A stretch of DNA of 63,891 nt, filler included, from Corallochytrium limacisporum Hawaii (taxonomy: Eukaryota > Protista > Pluriformea): the NCBI GenBank assembly GCA_002811645.1. It is 5 parts of 5 records of this genome, joined end to end, with 100 filler letters (N's around TTAATTAATTAA, not from the genome) between each part and the next. Parts side by side here need not be neighbours in the genome. Positions count along the whole stretch, not along the records: positions 1 to 18,291 come from PDIP01000063.1; positions 18,392 to 36,726 come from PDIP01000167.1; 3 more parts are not named here. One strand, written 5' to 3'. This document shows, one piece after another, positions 14,219 to 24,723 of this stretch. Every line of letters begins with the position of its first letter. The first letter of the stretch is position 1. A program made the position numbers and the translations under genes. The notes below the pieces were generated by a model. It searched no databases. It saw only the letters and a program-made list of their open reading frames with translations, and was not told where the DNA came from.

Positions 14219-17200
14219 ATGAGTTTTAACCAGCAGCAACAGCAACAGTCCGGTTTCGGACAACAAGGTGTTGGACGCCCGCAACAGATGAACTCTCAGG
14301 GTTTAGGAAATCAGTTCCCTGGTGGCATGAGGCCCAATCAGAACATGATGCGGCAGCAGCCATCTATGGCTGGTGGCATGAACATGGGCATGAACATGCA
14401 ACAACACCAGATGCCCATGCAGAGTGCTATGCCGATGGGCATGCAGTCTCAGCACGGTATGACCATGACACCGCAACAGCAACAGATGATGATGCGCCAG
14501 CAACAGCAGATGATGAAGCAACAGCAGGCTATGCTCAAACAGCAGCAGGAGCTGGAAGCCAAACAAAGGAAGGAGGCGGCATTTGCGGGACTAGCTGGAT
14601 TGGGTGATGGCAGTAAAGCGCCCCAGGGATTCGGTTCATCACAGCAACAACGTCGGCCGAGCGGTGATCAACGAAGTGCAAGCCAGGGTGGCATGAACAT
14701 GCAGCACGGATCCCCACCATTTCAGCAGCAGCAGCAGTGGAACACCCAACAGAATATGAGCATGCAATTAGGCATGCAACCCCAAGTGTCACACATGCAG
14801 AATGCTGGATCGTTCGGGAGCATGTCAGAGCAACAACATGTACAATCACCACCTCTATCCCCACCGCGTACAAGTACTGGCTTCCGTACCCAGCAGCAGA
14901 CGTTCCCGCCCCAGCAACACCAAATGCAGGCGCAAAATTCACCACAACGCTCGGGCATACAGATGCAGGGATCTCCAGGCCGTAGGGGCATGCAGACGTC
15001 GGTGTCACCACAACGCTCGGGCATACAGATGCAGGNNNNNNNNNNNNNNNNNNNNNNNNNNNNNNNNNNNNNNNNNNNNNNNNNNNNNNNGGCCGTAGGG
15101 GCATGCAGACGTCGGTGTCACCACAACGCTCGGGCATACAGATGCAGGGATCTCCAGGCCGTAGGGGCATGCAGACGTCGGTATCACCACAACGCTCGGG
15201 CATACAGATGCAGGGATCTCCAGGCCGTAGGGGCATGCAGACGGAGGCATCGCCACAGCGTACTGGAACGTGGTCACAGCAGCAAGAGCAGAACCATGCT
15301 CGCTTTGCTCCACAAGCACCTCAGCACAATAATGATCAACAGCTGAGAGCAAATGCCTCACCTAAAAAGATGAGTGTTGTCCGCAGCTCGTCCACAGTCG
15401 AATACGAGGAAGGTGTCACACCTGAATTCCACAATGAGGCAGAGTACAAGCTGTGGATGAAGAGCAAGAAGGAAAAGGAAGAGGCTCGGCGAAAATCTGT
15501 CCATATGCAACAGGAACCCGGACAGCATCAAGACCAGGCTGCACTGCAGCGCAGCACAAGTGCTCCCCAGACTGGCGCGGCAGGGGCTTTTCCGCCCATG
15601 GGACCCGGCACTGGTGGCATGACGCAGCCACTGCAACCCACTGGAGAGCCTGCAGAAACACAGCCAGGCAGTAGTGGCCCGGACTACAGTGCGTTCTCCG
15701 TTGCTCAAACTTCACAACAATCGCAAGGGAAGGCCGACGGCGGCTTTGGAGGATTTGAGGCTCCTCCACCAGTGACCGCCGTTCCTTCTGGTGGATCATT
15801 CGGACAAGGATCCTACGGTCGAACGGGATCTTATGGTCAACAGCAACAGCAGTCCGGGCCATATGGGGCTCCTCAGCAGCAGAAGCAGCCCGTCACACCC
15901 TCCAACGCCACTCCACCGGACTTTACGGCCATGGCCCCGCAGCTGTACAAGGACCTTTTTCGCCTGCTCACCAACACCGGGAGCAGCGATGCCGAACAGG
16001 CAGCTGCAGCGAGTGCAACAATTGGTGGTCAGGATGCCCTGCCGGTCTTCAATGCTAGCAAACTCCAGTCACGGACTCTGTTCGCCATTTGGCAGGAGGT
16101 GGATCCTCAGAATTCTGGCTTTCTAGACAAGAACCGCTTCTTTGCTGCACTGGTAATGATTGCACTGGCACAGGCCAACCGTTCGCACACTCTCGCCGAT
16201 GCTGTCAAGTACCGTATCCCACCAGTGCCCGAGTTTGAGTACGATGTCATCGGTAAACTCGCAGAGTTGGATGAGAAACTGGCTAAGGAGCGACAGCAGA
16301 ACGCATCGTCCGGACCTGTTGAGGCCGGAAAAGCAACAGCGAGCGAGGAGGAATGGGGAGACGATGATGGCTGGGACGACTTTGCCGCACCCGGAGAGAC
16401 TCGAGGTAGCTTCGGGAACATGACAGCCACTGTCCCTGCCAACGGTGCCCCTGCAACTGCAGCCGCAATCAGCCTGGAGCACTCGGTGCCAGCAGTGACC
16501 GCGACCGCTCCAGCTGGCATAGACACTGTTGGGTCAGCTACTGCCACTGTGAAGGTCGATGAGGAAGAATGGATCGAAGGCACGGGAAGTGGCTCGGAGT
16601 GGGGAAGCTTCGGAGACATTACTGCTGCCGCTGCTCCTCCTCCTGCACCTGCGGCTGGTTCAGTATCTCCACCAGCTGCAGCAGAGAAGCCTCAGGCTCT
16701 GGACATTTCCCCCACAGGTTTCACGTCAGCGGAATTTGCCGGCTTTGGCGCCGCACCGGTGGTGGCGGCTGCGGAAGACAAAGCAATGCCCGTTGGTGCT
16801 GTTACTGTCGAAGAGGCTACATCACAGCAACCAGATACCATCCCTAGCGATATCGCAGCAGCACTATCCAGCACGGACCATGCAGGTACAGAATCCAAGG
16901 ACCAACACGGCCACCGAGGCCACGGAGGTAAGCATGGCCAAAAATTTGACTTTGAACACTTCAAGCCGAAGTTTACCCTCGACTCTGCTGGCGATCTACT
17001 CAGCGGTTTCAGCAGTACAGCAAAGAAGGATGAACCAAAGGAGGATACTGGCTTCCATGGGAAAGCCTTGGACTTTGTGCCGCCTCCGGAAGCGACACCC
17101 GCAGCGTCTGGCATCGCCGACTTCTTTGAGGCCAAGAGAAACGACGACGTAGACAAGGACGCTGGGGATGAAACTGCGGAGAAAAGCCCGGCTGATCCAT

Positions 17201-17868
17201 ACGCTCTCTTCCGCAATGCCCTAGAGGGCAGTGAAACGGGGAGCAATCCCGACATTCTCGGAGCATCGGCTAGCATGGAACACGATGGAACAACCCAATC
17301 AGAAGGGGCCTCCCCGGAACGGACGCATGACCACAGTCCTTTCGCCCCGACCGAGCGCCACCGTGCTCTCACCAAATGCGTGAATCTTTTGCATCAAGTT
17401 GTTAATGCGCTCAAGGACGTGCTCGCGGACGAAGCTTTGTGCGACGAACTCACTGCAAACGCTGGCTTCCGTTCGCAGCTGCATGGCGCGCTCGAAGTCT
17501 ACGCAACCGCCCGGCGAATCCACCACGGCTTGGGTGCCAAACAAGGGGACGAACAGCACCGCGAGCGTGACAAAACGCTACAATCGTGCTTCGATGTCCT
17601 ACTCAGGGCTGCTAACAAGTGCCCATCCTACATCACCGGTGGTGCAGCTGCCGGTGAGATCAAGGAGGATTTGCCTGCCCTGGCCATGTCCCTTGAACTC
17701 ATGAAGCTCGACGGTGCAGAGCAACACAAGACGACTTGTCCGGTTTGCGCCCTTCGTCTCCAGGGCCTCGACCGTCCAGTCGTCGTGACCCGTGGAGCCC
17801 GTTTCCACGCGCCATGTATTAACCTTTGGATCAATGAGGTTTCAAGCACGTTGCCACCAATGGCATGA
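14219..17868 (+). CDS. SYNRG: Synergin-gamma (AP-1 gamma-ear binding EH-domain protein) homologue; one gene broken by the N-gap 15036-15090
   Basis: Q/M-rich N-terminus. EH domain (IGGQDALPVFNASKLQSRTLFAIWQEVDPQNSGFLDKNRFFAALVMIALAQ). Gamma-ear-binding motifs EEWGDDDGWDDF, EWGSFGD, GFGGF, EFAGF and DPYALFR. The C-terminus CPVCAL...FHAPCINLWINEV resembles the synergin-gamma C-terminal CxxC...HxxC-N-W segment. The same repeat is read on both sides of the gap, joining ORFs 14219-15346 and 15103-17868. Confidence 0.8.
14939..15261 (+). repeat. Coding tandem repeat, 66-bp unit (SPQRSGIQMQGSPGRRGMQTSV)
   Basis: Unit starts at 14939, 15005, 15118, 15184 and a degenerate one at 15250. Spacing is 66 bp except across the N-gap. 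Confidence 0.95.
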
Positions 17869-18291
17869 AGAGCACGAGAGCGAGCAATATGGATATGTAT
17901 GTATATATATATAGTGATAGCGGACTACCGGATAACTTCGACAGCCGTGGACAGACCGAAACTGGAGCCCCCCGCCGTTCCAGGACGGCGGCTGACGGCT
18001 TGTATTTGTATACTGCTTACCTTAATTTTACCAGCAATCGGTGAGAATTATCTATTAATATAGTTTATGTGCACATATTATATACTGACGTCTCTTAAAA
18101 TCCAGGACCGATGCCCATAGCAAAAGTACCGCCTCGTCGGCCGCGGTGCAGGATCAAAACAAAAAGAAAAGAGAGGAAAAGGGAGAGAGAGAGAAGGGGC
18201 AAAGCAACAAAAGAGTACCACCCTCTGTCTGGGAATATTGTATCAAATCTACTCTTTTTGATTTAGCTCTGCCGTCGCTTGGGAGAGCGGG

Positions 18292-18391
18292 NNNNNNNNN
18301 NNNNNNNNNNNNNNNNNNNNNNNNNNNNNNNNNNNTTAATTAATTAANNNNNNNNNNNNNNNNNNNNNNNNNNNNNNNNNNNNNNNNNNNN
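18292..18391. other. Artificial contig linker N44-TTAATTAATTAA-N44
   Basis: Exactly 100 bp with a six-frame-stop core; an identical construct occurs four times in the window. Confidence 0.95.
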
Positions 18392-21387
18392 GGGGGGGGG
18401 GAGCGCCGTGTTTTGTCTCGGTATTTATTGTTTCACTGCTCCATTATATTGCTTCTACGGCGACGTAAATCATCGGAAAGGATTGACTTGGGTGTGCCGG
18501 TCGAATGACTCAGATGTCCGAAAGTCATTTCGACCAAAAAGCCCCGAAGACTGCTTGGAGAAATGCAGGCACACTATATTCCATACAATAAGTAGAGAAT
18601 ATAGGTTCCCGTTTGTGGCCGGGGACAGGCGGCGATTTGCAGATCTTCTGTCCCGAGCACCGCGCAGGCAAGGAGCGGAACTGCCCGCATTCACGTTATC
18701 GAGAGAACGGGGTGCATGCAATGCCCGGTGGCGTTGTAGCCGTGTATAGATAGTCAATGTTTTAAATCATGCATGGTCAGCAAACACCAGCTGACGGATG
18801 TATTCTCTGTGCTCGTTAGCCTTAGTATGTGTCGACTGTCCAGCTTGCCCACGCACCAGCCCTATTGCCATCACAAGCTTACCGTTATGGGCTGGCTGAG
18901 GCCTACATCGTGCTGTTTCTGACCCTCCGAAGACACAAAGCATCCAAAGATACTGGGCAGCCACTAGCGGACTTATTCAGTTCAACACCCGTAAGATGAC
19001 CTCAAACAGACCTCAGTTATGCGAGCCGTGCCCACAATTCGAGCGCCTTAGCAATCAAATGCACCGGCAAAGGCCCATTTTCAATGTCCCCATAAAATGT
19101 TCGTTTCCACAGGCTTCCACTCTTGATTTCCGACCCGGGTCGACACTTTGAATTCTTGCTCTGTCGTAGTAATCGTCGGCTTTAATGTTCCTTTGGCAGG
19201 GACAGAAGGACAGGGGGCCCAAATGCCAAACCGCTCGCGGAATTAAAGGCCTGCACACCTCAGAGCACAACCACGCGAGTGGAGAGACTATGGTCGTGCG
19301 GGGAGAATCCACATAAATTCCACAACGTTTCTAACGCAAAAAAACAAGGGTCGAAGTACCACCGGTACTGCTTTTTTATTTATATTTTCCGAGTCCCGAA
19401 GAGTGGTGCACGTTGCGCTGATGGCTCCTTTGTTGCTACCTGCGTAGGAACGTGCTTTGGTTCACGACCCAGTGGTGTCTAAGGGAGCGAAATCGATGTC
19501 GCGTCACCTGGACGGACTGCTCTCCTCTCCCCGGGCATCGACGGGGTCTGTCCGAAACGGAGAAATGAAATAGTGAATGTAGGAGAAACAATTTCGATGA
19601 GGTTCGGGTACGTTGTGCAAGACATCTTCCCGAGAAAGGATATGTTCTCTTTCACTATCCCCGACCAGTGTAACGGTGTCGGTGGACCTAGGTGGTGAGC
19701 ATCTGATACCGTTCCGTAAAATAGTGCCAGTAAACTGAATCACTCACCATTGTGTCCTGGGTAGTTTGACTCTAGGTCCTGGTATGACATGTGAGGAGGC
19801 CATTCACGATGGAACAGTCCCGAGCAATGCTTCAAGGTATTGTTTGTATTCCGCTATCCGAAGTCAGAAGCCATCGTGCATGCCCTGCGGACCTTTCTGG
19901 CGTTACTGTTGAAAGCGAACATTGGATGGCGTTGTATGCTACTGCAGCATACATTGTCTTTCCACACCGGGTTTCTCAGTTGTTCGAAGATGAAGAAGAA
20001 TTCATTTCGTACCATTCTGTACATCCCGTCCGTTTCTTCTTTCGTGGTAGAACGGCAAGCTAGACGATGGCATTGGTAATCTATGCAATTTGGTGGTTTC
20101 GCGATGAAGGTTATTATAAAATTCTTACCGCTCGCAACCCCTTCTAACCTCCTCTTTCTCGGGAGCTATTCCCGCCTGCTAAAATACAGGCAGGGTGGGG
20201 CACCGTTCACATCTCCTTCCGCCGAAAGTATAAGGCCTGGGATTTTGTCGCTAGGGTATGACAGGGGCACACTTGTCACCGGTTATTTCCATACTCATGA
20301 ATGCACCGTGCTATGTAACGGGGTTACACGAGGTGGACATCTACAAAGTGAAGTTCCATCGCGCTGGGGCAGATGATGAGAGTTCTGAAACGGTTTGTTC
20401 CACTCTGAGAACGCTATAGAATCAAAAATGGCTCGCGATGATCTTTATTATTGTTTCTGAATATGGTTCACACCATTCTACAAGGTACCAACTTGGTAGC
20501 AGACTAGGCTCGTTAAATCTATAGAGAAAGCGAAAACCGACGCCTGGTAGTTCCTGAATCGGCTTTGTAGGGGGATTCCCAATTTCTTGTGCCCCGCGCA
20601 CCACTAGTCACTCCTCTAAAAACCCAATCCAGCCGTTTTGTTCGGCCGTCTCGGCCTTTATTTTATTCTTCCCTCTGCTGTCCCTGATTTCTTCTCATAT
20701 TCGTCAGTTCCTGACAGTTTGCCACAGTCAGGGCATGGTGGTACGGGTGTCGTGAATGGGCCGGGCGAGTGGTGGTAGCACTCCACGAAGTTCTTGTTTC
20801 GATTTGGAGTTCACGGGCTATCCGAAAGGTTCGCGTTGTAGAGGGAGAGCAGGAGTGGACAAATCCGGAGGGGAAATGAAGAACGATCGGCATTCCCGCT
20901 CAAACCCCCATAACCCCCCACCCAACAGGCCGGAGGGTGGCGAGAAAGCACGAAGGGGGGGAAGGGGGGGAAGGGGGGAAACCGGTGACCTTGGCTGCGG
21001 GGTTTGCGCAGATGGTGCGGGTCACACACGTCCGAAAGCAGAGTCTTTTGTTGCGTTCCTGCATATGATATCCGTTAGCTCCCAGTCAACTCCCATGAAC
21101 GGACAATGATATGGGGTACAAAGCCCCGAACGACCCAGGGCACGGTATGATACACTCATTTCGCTACTTTTCCATAATGTCCCGGATAATGCAATCCGTC
21201 TCCAAATGGGGAAGCACTTTGACGGTTGAAGTTCCTTTGCGAGTCTCTGAGCCAGTCATTTTCTTTACTGTAAGAAGTTTATTTAAGAATCCACATAGAA
21301 GATCCAAGATGAGGAAGGCTTCAATGGTCTTGAATTCCGACTCTCATGCAGAACGAACGGTGACTTTTAGCAAGAGACTGCATAGCC

Positions 21388-24300
21388 ATGGATCTCGAAG
21401 AAGGTCTTGACGGTTATGAAGGGTTTTTAGCCCGACTTGATGTGCGCACAGAGTTTCCTAATGATGGGTCGATTGAAGATCAGGTTAAGGAGGCCAAAGA
21501 TGCTAATATTATTGCGATCTTTGCCAAATCAGGATGTCCCTTCTGTCACGAATCCAAGAAGATTCTCTATGAGGAAAATATAGATCCCACAAAGATGACG
21601 GTTTACAATATAGACAAATTCAAGGAGTCTCACGCTGGTACAATCCAAGACACATTGCAGAAGTTGACTGGATCACGAACAGTCCCCAGTATCTGGGTCC
21701 GTGGTACGTTTGAGGGAGGTTGCAGCGACCTTAAGGCCAAGCAGCACAATGGCACTCTGGACGGAATCCTCTCCGGTCTGCGTGTTCCAACATCAAAGGC
21801 CGTGGATCTCAACGCTTTCTCTACTATAAAACATGATAATGGCAAAGTATCTGATGATGAGACCCACATGCTACTCTCGCCCGGCATCCGCAATGTCAAA
21901 GGCAATGTCCACGATGTCGAGAACCGCATGTCATGGCCTCCAGCTGACGAGGACACTGATTCTGATGAGAAAGTGATCCTTAGCACCCTGTTCTACTTCC
22001 CACATACCCTGAATCGCTGGGTAGTTCAGGTGAGCGGTGTCCTCGTGTTCATCACCTGCATTATTCTGGCTGCTTTCTACGATCATGAATATGTCAAGTG
22101 GGCCTCTCTTGGATTTTTCTTAGATTTTGTAGTCCGTTTCATGTTTGGTGGCAAGGCGAGTATCATTGGATCGCTGGGGGCTTTGATAGTGTCCATTCCG
22201 AATCCAGAGCCGCAATTCGTGGCTGGTGCTCCCAAACAGTTTGCACAGTTTATCGGTGTCTTCTGCAGTGGCATGGCTGCTCTGCTCTTTTTTGTCAATG
22301 CACCGGAGGGTGCAGTAGTCTTCCTGGCGATGTTGGCCGGAGGATCGGGGGGTGAAGGCTTCATCAATTTCTGTTTGGGATGCAAAATCTTTGCCATGGG
22401 TGTTAACCTGGGTATTGTGCCCAAAAATATTTACAATGAGCACATCGTGGCCAAGCGTGAGGTTGAATGGCAGTACAATTTCCGGTTTGGTGAGTATCTA
22501 AATAAGGTGGTTCCGGTACCATCCTATGCGCTCACTCAGGCCAGCCTGACCAGTGACACAAAGAAGAGCACTGAGCACGACAAAACGGGTGACGAAGGAT
22601 CTGCCACCCCGAAAACATCAGGTAAACATGTTGCTGTGGCCAGCGGTAACGTGTCTAAAGTGGGCACAATCGCCACCCATACCACACCAACCTGGCAGTG
22701 GTACGTCAATCCCAAGAGCAAGCCCACAGCAGTCGACTTCCGCTGGAAGGCGGGCAAGGGCGACGACGTTGAGATGCGACACATGAGCATCATCAAACAC
22801 TGCCGTCCGACCATCTTTACTCCAGGTGCCATTTTAATTGGTCTGGCGGTTTTATTCCGCATCATGACTGCCTTCCCACGATACAATGCTCCGGAAGAGC
22901 TTTGGAAAACGTTCGCAATCCTTGGCGCTATTTACGTAATTTGGGCGATTTGTGTCTATGGAGCTCGTTTGATTCTCTATCCACGCAAAGTCTACAAGGA
23001 TTTGACCCACTTCCAGTACCGCAACTTCTTTGCAATGCCTGGAGTGATCCTGTCATTTAGTGCCTTCCTTGCCCAGACCCAGTACGCTCTGGATCTGGCC
23101 AATGGCGATGACTCTGGCTATGGCGACCTTGCCAAGGCGCTTTTTTGGATTGGTTTTATCTGGATCGGTGTCCTACAGCTGTTCCTATTTGCCGAGTGGT
23201 ACGTACACAAGCATGAACTCCAGCACATCACTGGTGTTATCTTGCTGCCGGCTGTGGCCGGTACCACCCTTGCTTTGGTAGCTCCCATAATTGACCTAGA
23301 CTACCTGCCCTTGGCGCAGCTGCTCCTCGGTGGCTATGGTGGTCTTGCACTATTTCTGCTTATTCCCTTTATGCAGAAGATCCAGGTCCAACCCTTCCAT
23401 GTCGATGAGAAGCGGAATGGTCCCAATATCTTCCCAGTGGCGGTCAATGTCCTCGCCATTGCCACCAGTGTGGTGCTGGCTGGCAACGGTTGGTTCGATT
23501 TCACCGGGTGGGTCCCGCGTGCCCTGTTCGGTCTCGGCATTTTGCTGGAGCTCGCCATCTTTAGCACAGTGTTTTGGAACTTTCTCGGTCGCATACACTT
23601 TGTGTTCGAGTATTTTGCTTGGGGGTTCAGCGTTCTGATCATCGCCTTTGCGACCGTGCTCTTTGATCAGTCCCTGAGGACCGATGCCTCCTGGGCATTC
23701 TCCTGGATCTGCATTAGCATAGCCTGCTATGTTAACGCTGTTCTGTTCCTGAACTTTGTTGAATCTCTGCTCCACAAAACCATCTTCCTCCGCAAGGATG
23801 AGTGGGGCCCAATTTCCTTCATGAAGATGACTCACTATGCCATGCGTGAGATGATGGGTGCGATTGAGGCGACAGTAGCTGCCATTGACGCGGAAGCGGC
23901 CTGTACAGAAGAAGCTACGGACCAGACGTCATTGGCCCGTCTTGCCGGACGCTGGGCTGAGTTCCAGCGCCTCTATGCCATCCACAGTCGCCAAGAGGAT
24001 CACGTCTTGTTCCCTACCGCCGACCGCTTCTTCCCGGGCTTTGCCTGCACCCAACTCTGTGCTTTGCACTCCGAGGAGGAGGGCCTGGTCGAGAACTTCA
24101 ATTCTGTGGCCCTGTCCTACACTGAACAGATCAAGACTGGGGTCCGCACTGCCAAAATGGGAGAGCTGACAGAGGCGTTTGCTGCCTTCAAACGCCATTT
24201 TGAACACCATCTGTACACAGAAGAGACAACAGTCGTGAAAATGATGCGTAAGTATCTGAACTCTACATTACAGATGAAAGTGAACAAGAAATGCTGGCGG

Positions 24301-24534
24301 ATCATGAGTGAGGAGGAACAGGAGTTCTTCCTGCCCACCGTTGTGCAGAATCTTCCCGTTCACTACATGCGTGTAAAATTCATTCGAACTTGGATGTGGG
24401 CCCAGCCTGAGATGAAGGAAATCATTGGACAGATAATCTTCCGTGGCGTCGACACCATGACCTGGCTGCGCATAGTCCGTGACATTCCTGATCTCATTCC
24501 TCGCAACCTAAAGTATTGGCACCAGTACAAATAA
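21388..24534 (+). CDS. Multidomain membrane protein: glutaredoxin + DUF4395 + TDT/SLAC1-family anion channel + hemerythrin (HHE) domain
   Basis: Grx: IFAKSGCPFC (21535-21546), TVP, GGCSD. DUF4395: hydrophobic helices with AGAPKQFAQFIG (22231) and FCLGC (22369-22383). TDT: about 10 hydrophobic segments (~22790-23790) with RLILYPRKVYKDLTHFQYRNFF (compare SLAC1 helix-2/3 KCIFYFEAVKREYFHPVRVNFF) and FEYFAWGF (gate-Phe helix). Hemerythrin (~23809-24260): THYAMRE, HSRQEDHVLFP, LHSEE, HLYTEE. Confidence 0.85.
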   Translation: MDLEEGLDGYEGFLARLDVRTEFPNDGSIEDQVKEAKDANIIAIFAKSGCPFCHESKKILYEENIDPTKMTVYNIDKFKESHAGTIQDTLQKLTGSRTVPSIWVRGTFEGGCSDLKAKQHNGTLDGILSGLRVPTSKAVDLNAFSTIKHDNGKVSDDETHMLLSPGIRNVKGNVHDVENRMSWPPADEDTDSDEKVILSTLFYFPHTLNRWVVQVSGVLVFITCIILAAFYDHEYVKWASLGFFLDFVVRFMFGGKASIIGSLGALIVSIPNPEPQFVAGAPKQFAQFIGVFCSGMAALLFFVNAPEGAVVFLAMLAGGSGGEGFINFCLGCKIFAMGVNLGIVPKNIYNEHIVAKREVEWQYNFRFGEYLNKVVPVPSYALTQASLTSDTKKSTEHDKTGDEGSATPKTSGKHVAVASGNVSKVGTIATHTTPTWQWYVNPKSKPTAVDFRWKAGKGDDVEMRHMSIIKHCRPTIFTPGAILIGLAVLFRIMTAFPRYNAPEELWKTFAILGAIYVIWAICVYGARLILYPRKVYKDLTHFQYRNFFAMPGVILSFSAFLAQTQYALDLANGDDSGYGDLAKALFWIGFIWIGVLQLFLFAEWYVHKHELQHITGVILLPAVAGTTLALVAPIIDLDYLPLAQLLLGGYGGLALFLLIPFMQKIQVQPFHVDEKRNGPNIFPVAVNVLAIATSVVLAGNGWFDFTGWVPRALFGLGILLELAIFSTVFWNFLGRIHFVFEYFAWGFSVLIIAFATVLFDQSLRTDASWAFSWICISIACYVNAVLFLNFVESLLHKTIFLRKDEWGPISFMKMTHYAMREMMGAIEATVAAIDAEAACTEEATDQTSLARLAGRWAEFQRLYAIHSRQEDHVLFPTADRFFPGFACTQLCALHSEEEGLVENFNSVALSYTEQIKTGVRTAKMGELTEAFAAFKRHFEHHLYTEETTVVKMMRKYLNSTLQMKVNKKCWRIMSEEEQEFFLPTVVQNLPVHYMRVKFIRTWMWAQPEMKEIIGQIIFRGVDTMTWLRIVRDIPDLIPRNLKYWHQYK

Positions 24535-24723
24535 GGTCCCATTCCGGTAGATCAAAAAAAATTGAGAGAAGGACAATCAGTGGTTCTAGCTTGCTCGAAA
24601 GAGACCATACTTTAATTTTGTCATATACATTACATTATACATGGAGTCCACAATATGTTTCTAGTGCAACCAAGGACTTACTGTCTAAGACATGGGAGGA
24701 AATGAGAGACTTCGGGAGTCCCA

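Noticed and set aside
14939-15261. Regular repeats as a possible CRISPR array
   Set aside because: Head-to-tail in-frame coding repeat with no unique spacers, in a eukaryotic gene.
18336-18347. TTAATTAATTAA palindrome recurring four times, as a possible biological element or piggyBac-like TTAA site
   Set aside because: Always centred in exactly 44+44 Ns and encodes stops in all six frames, so it is an assembly linker.
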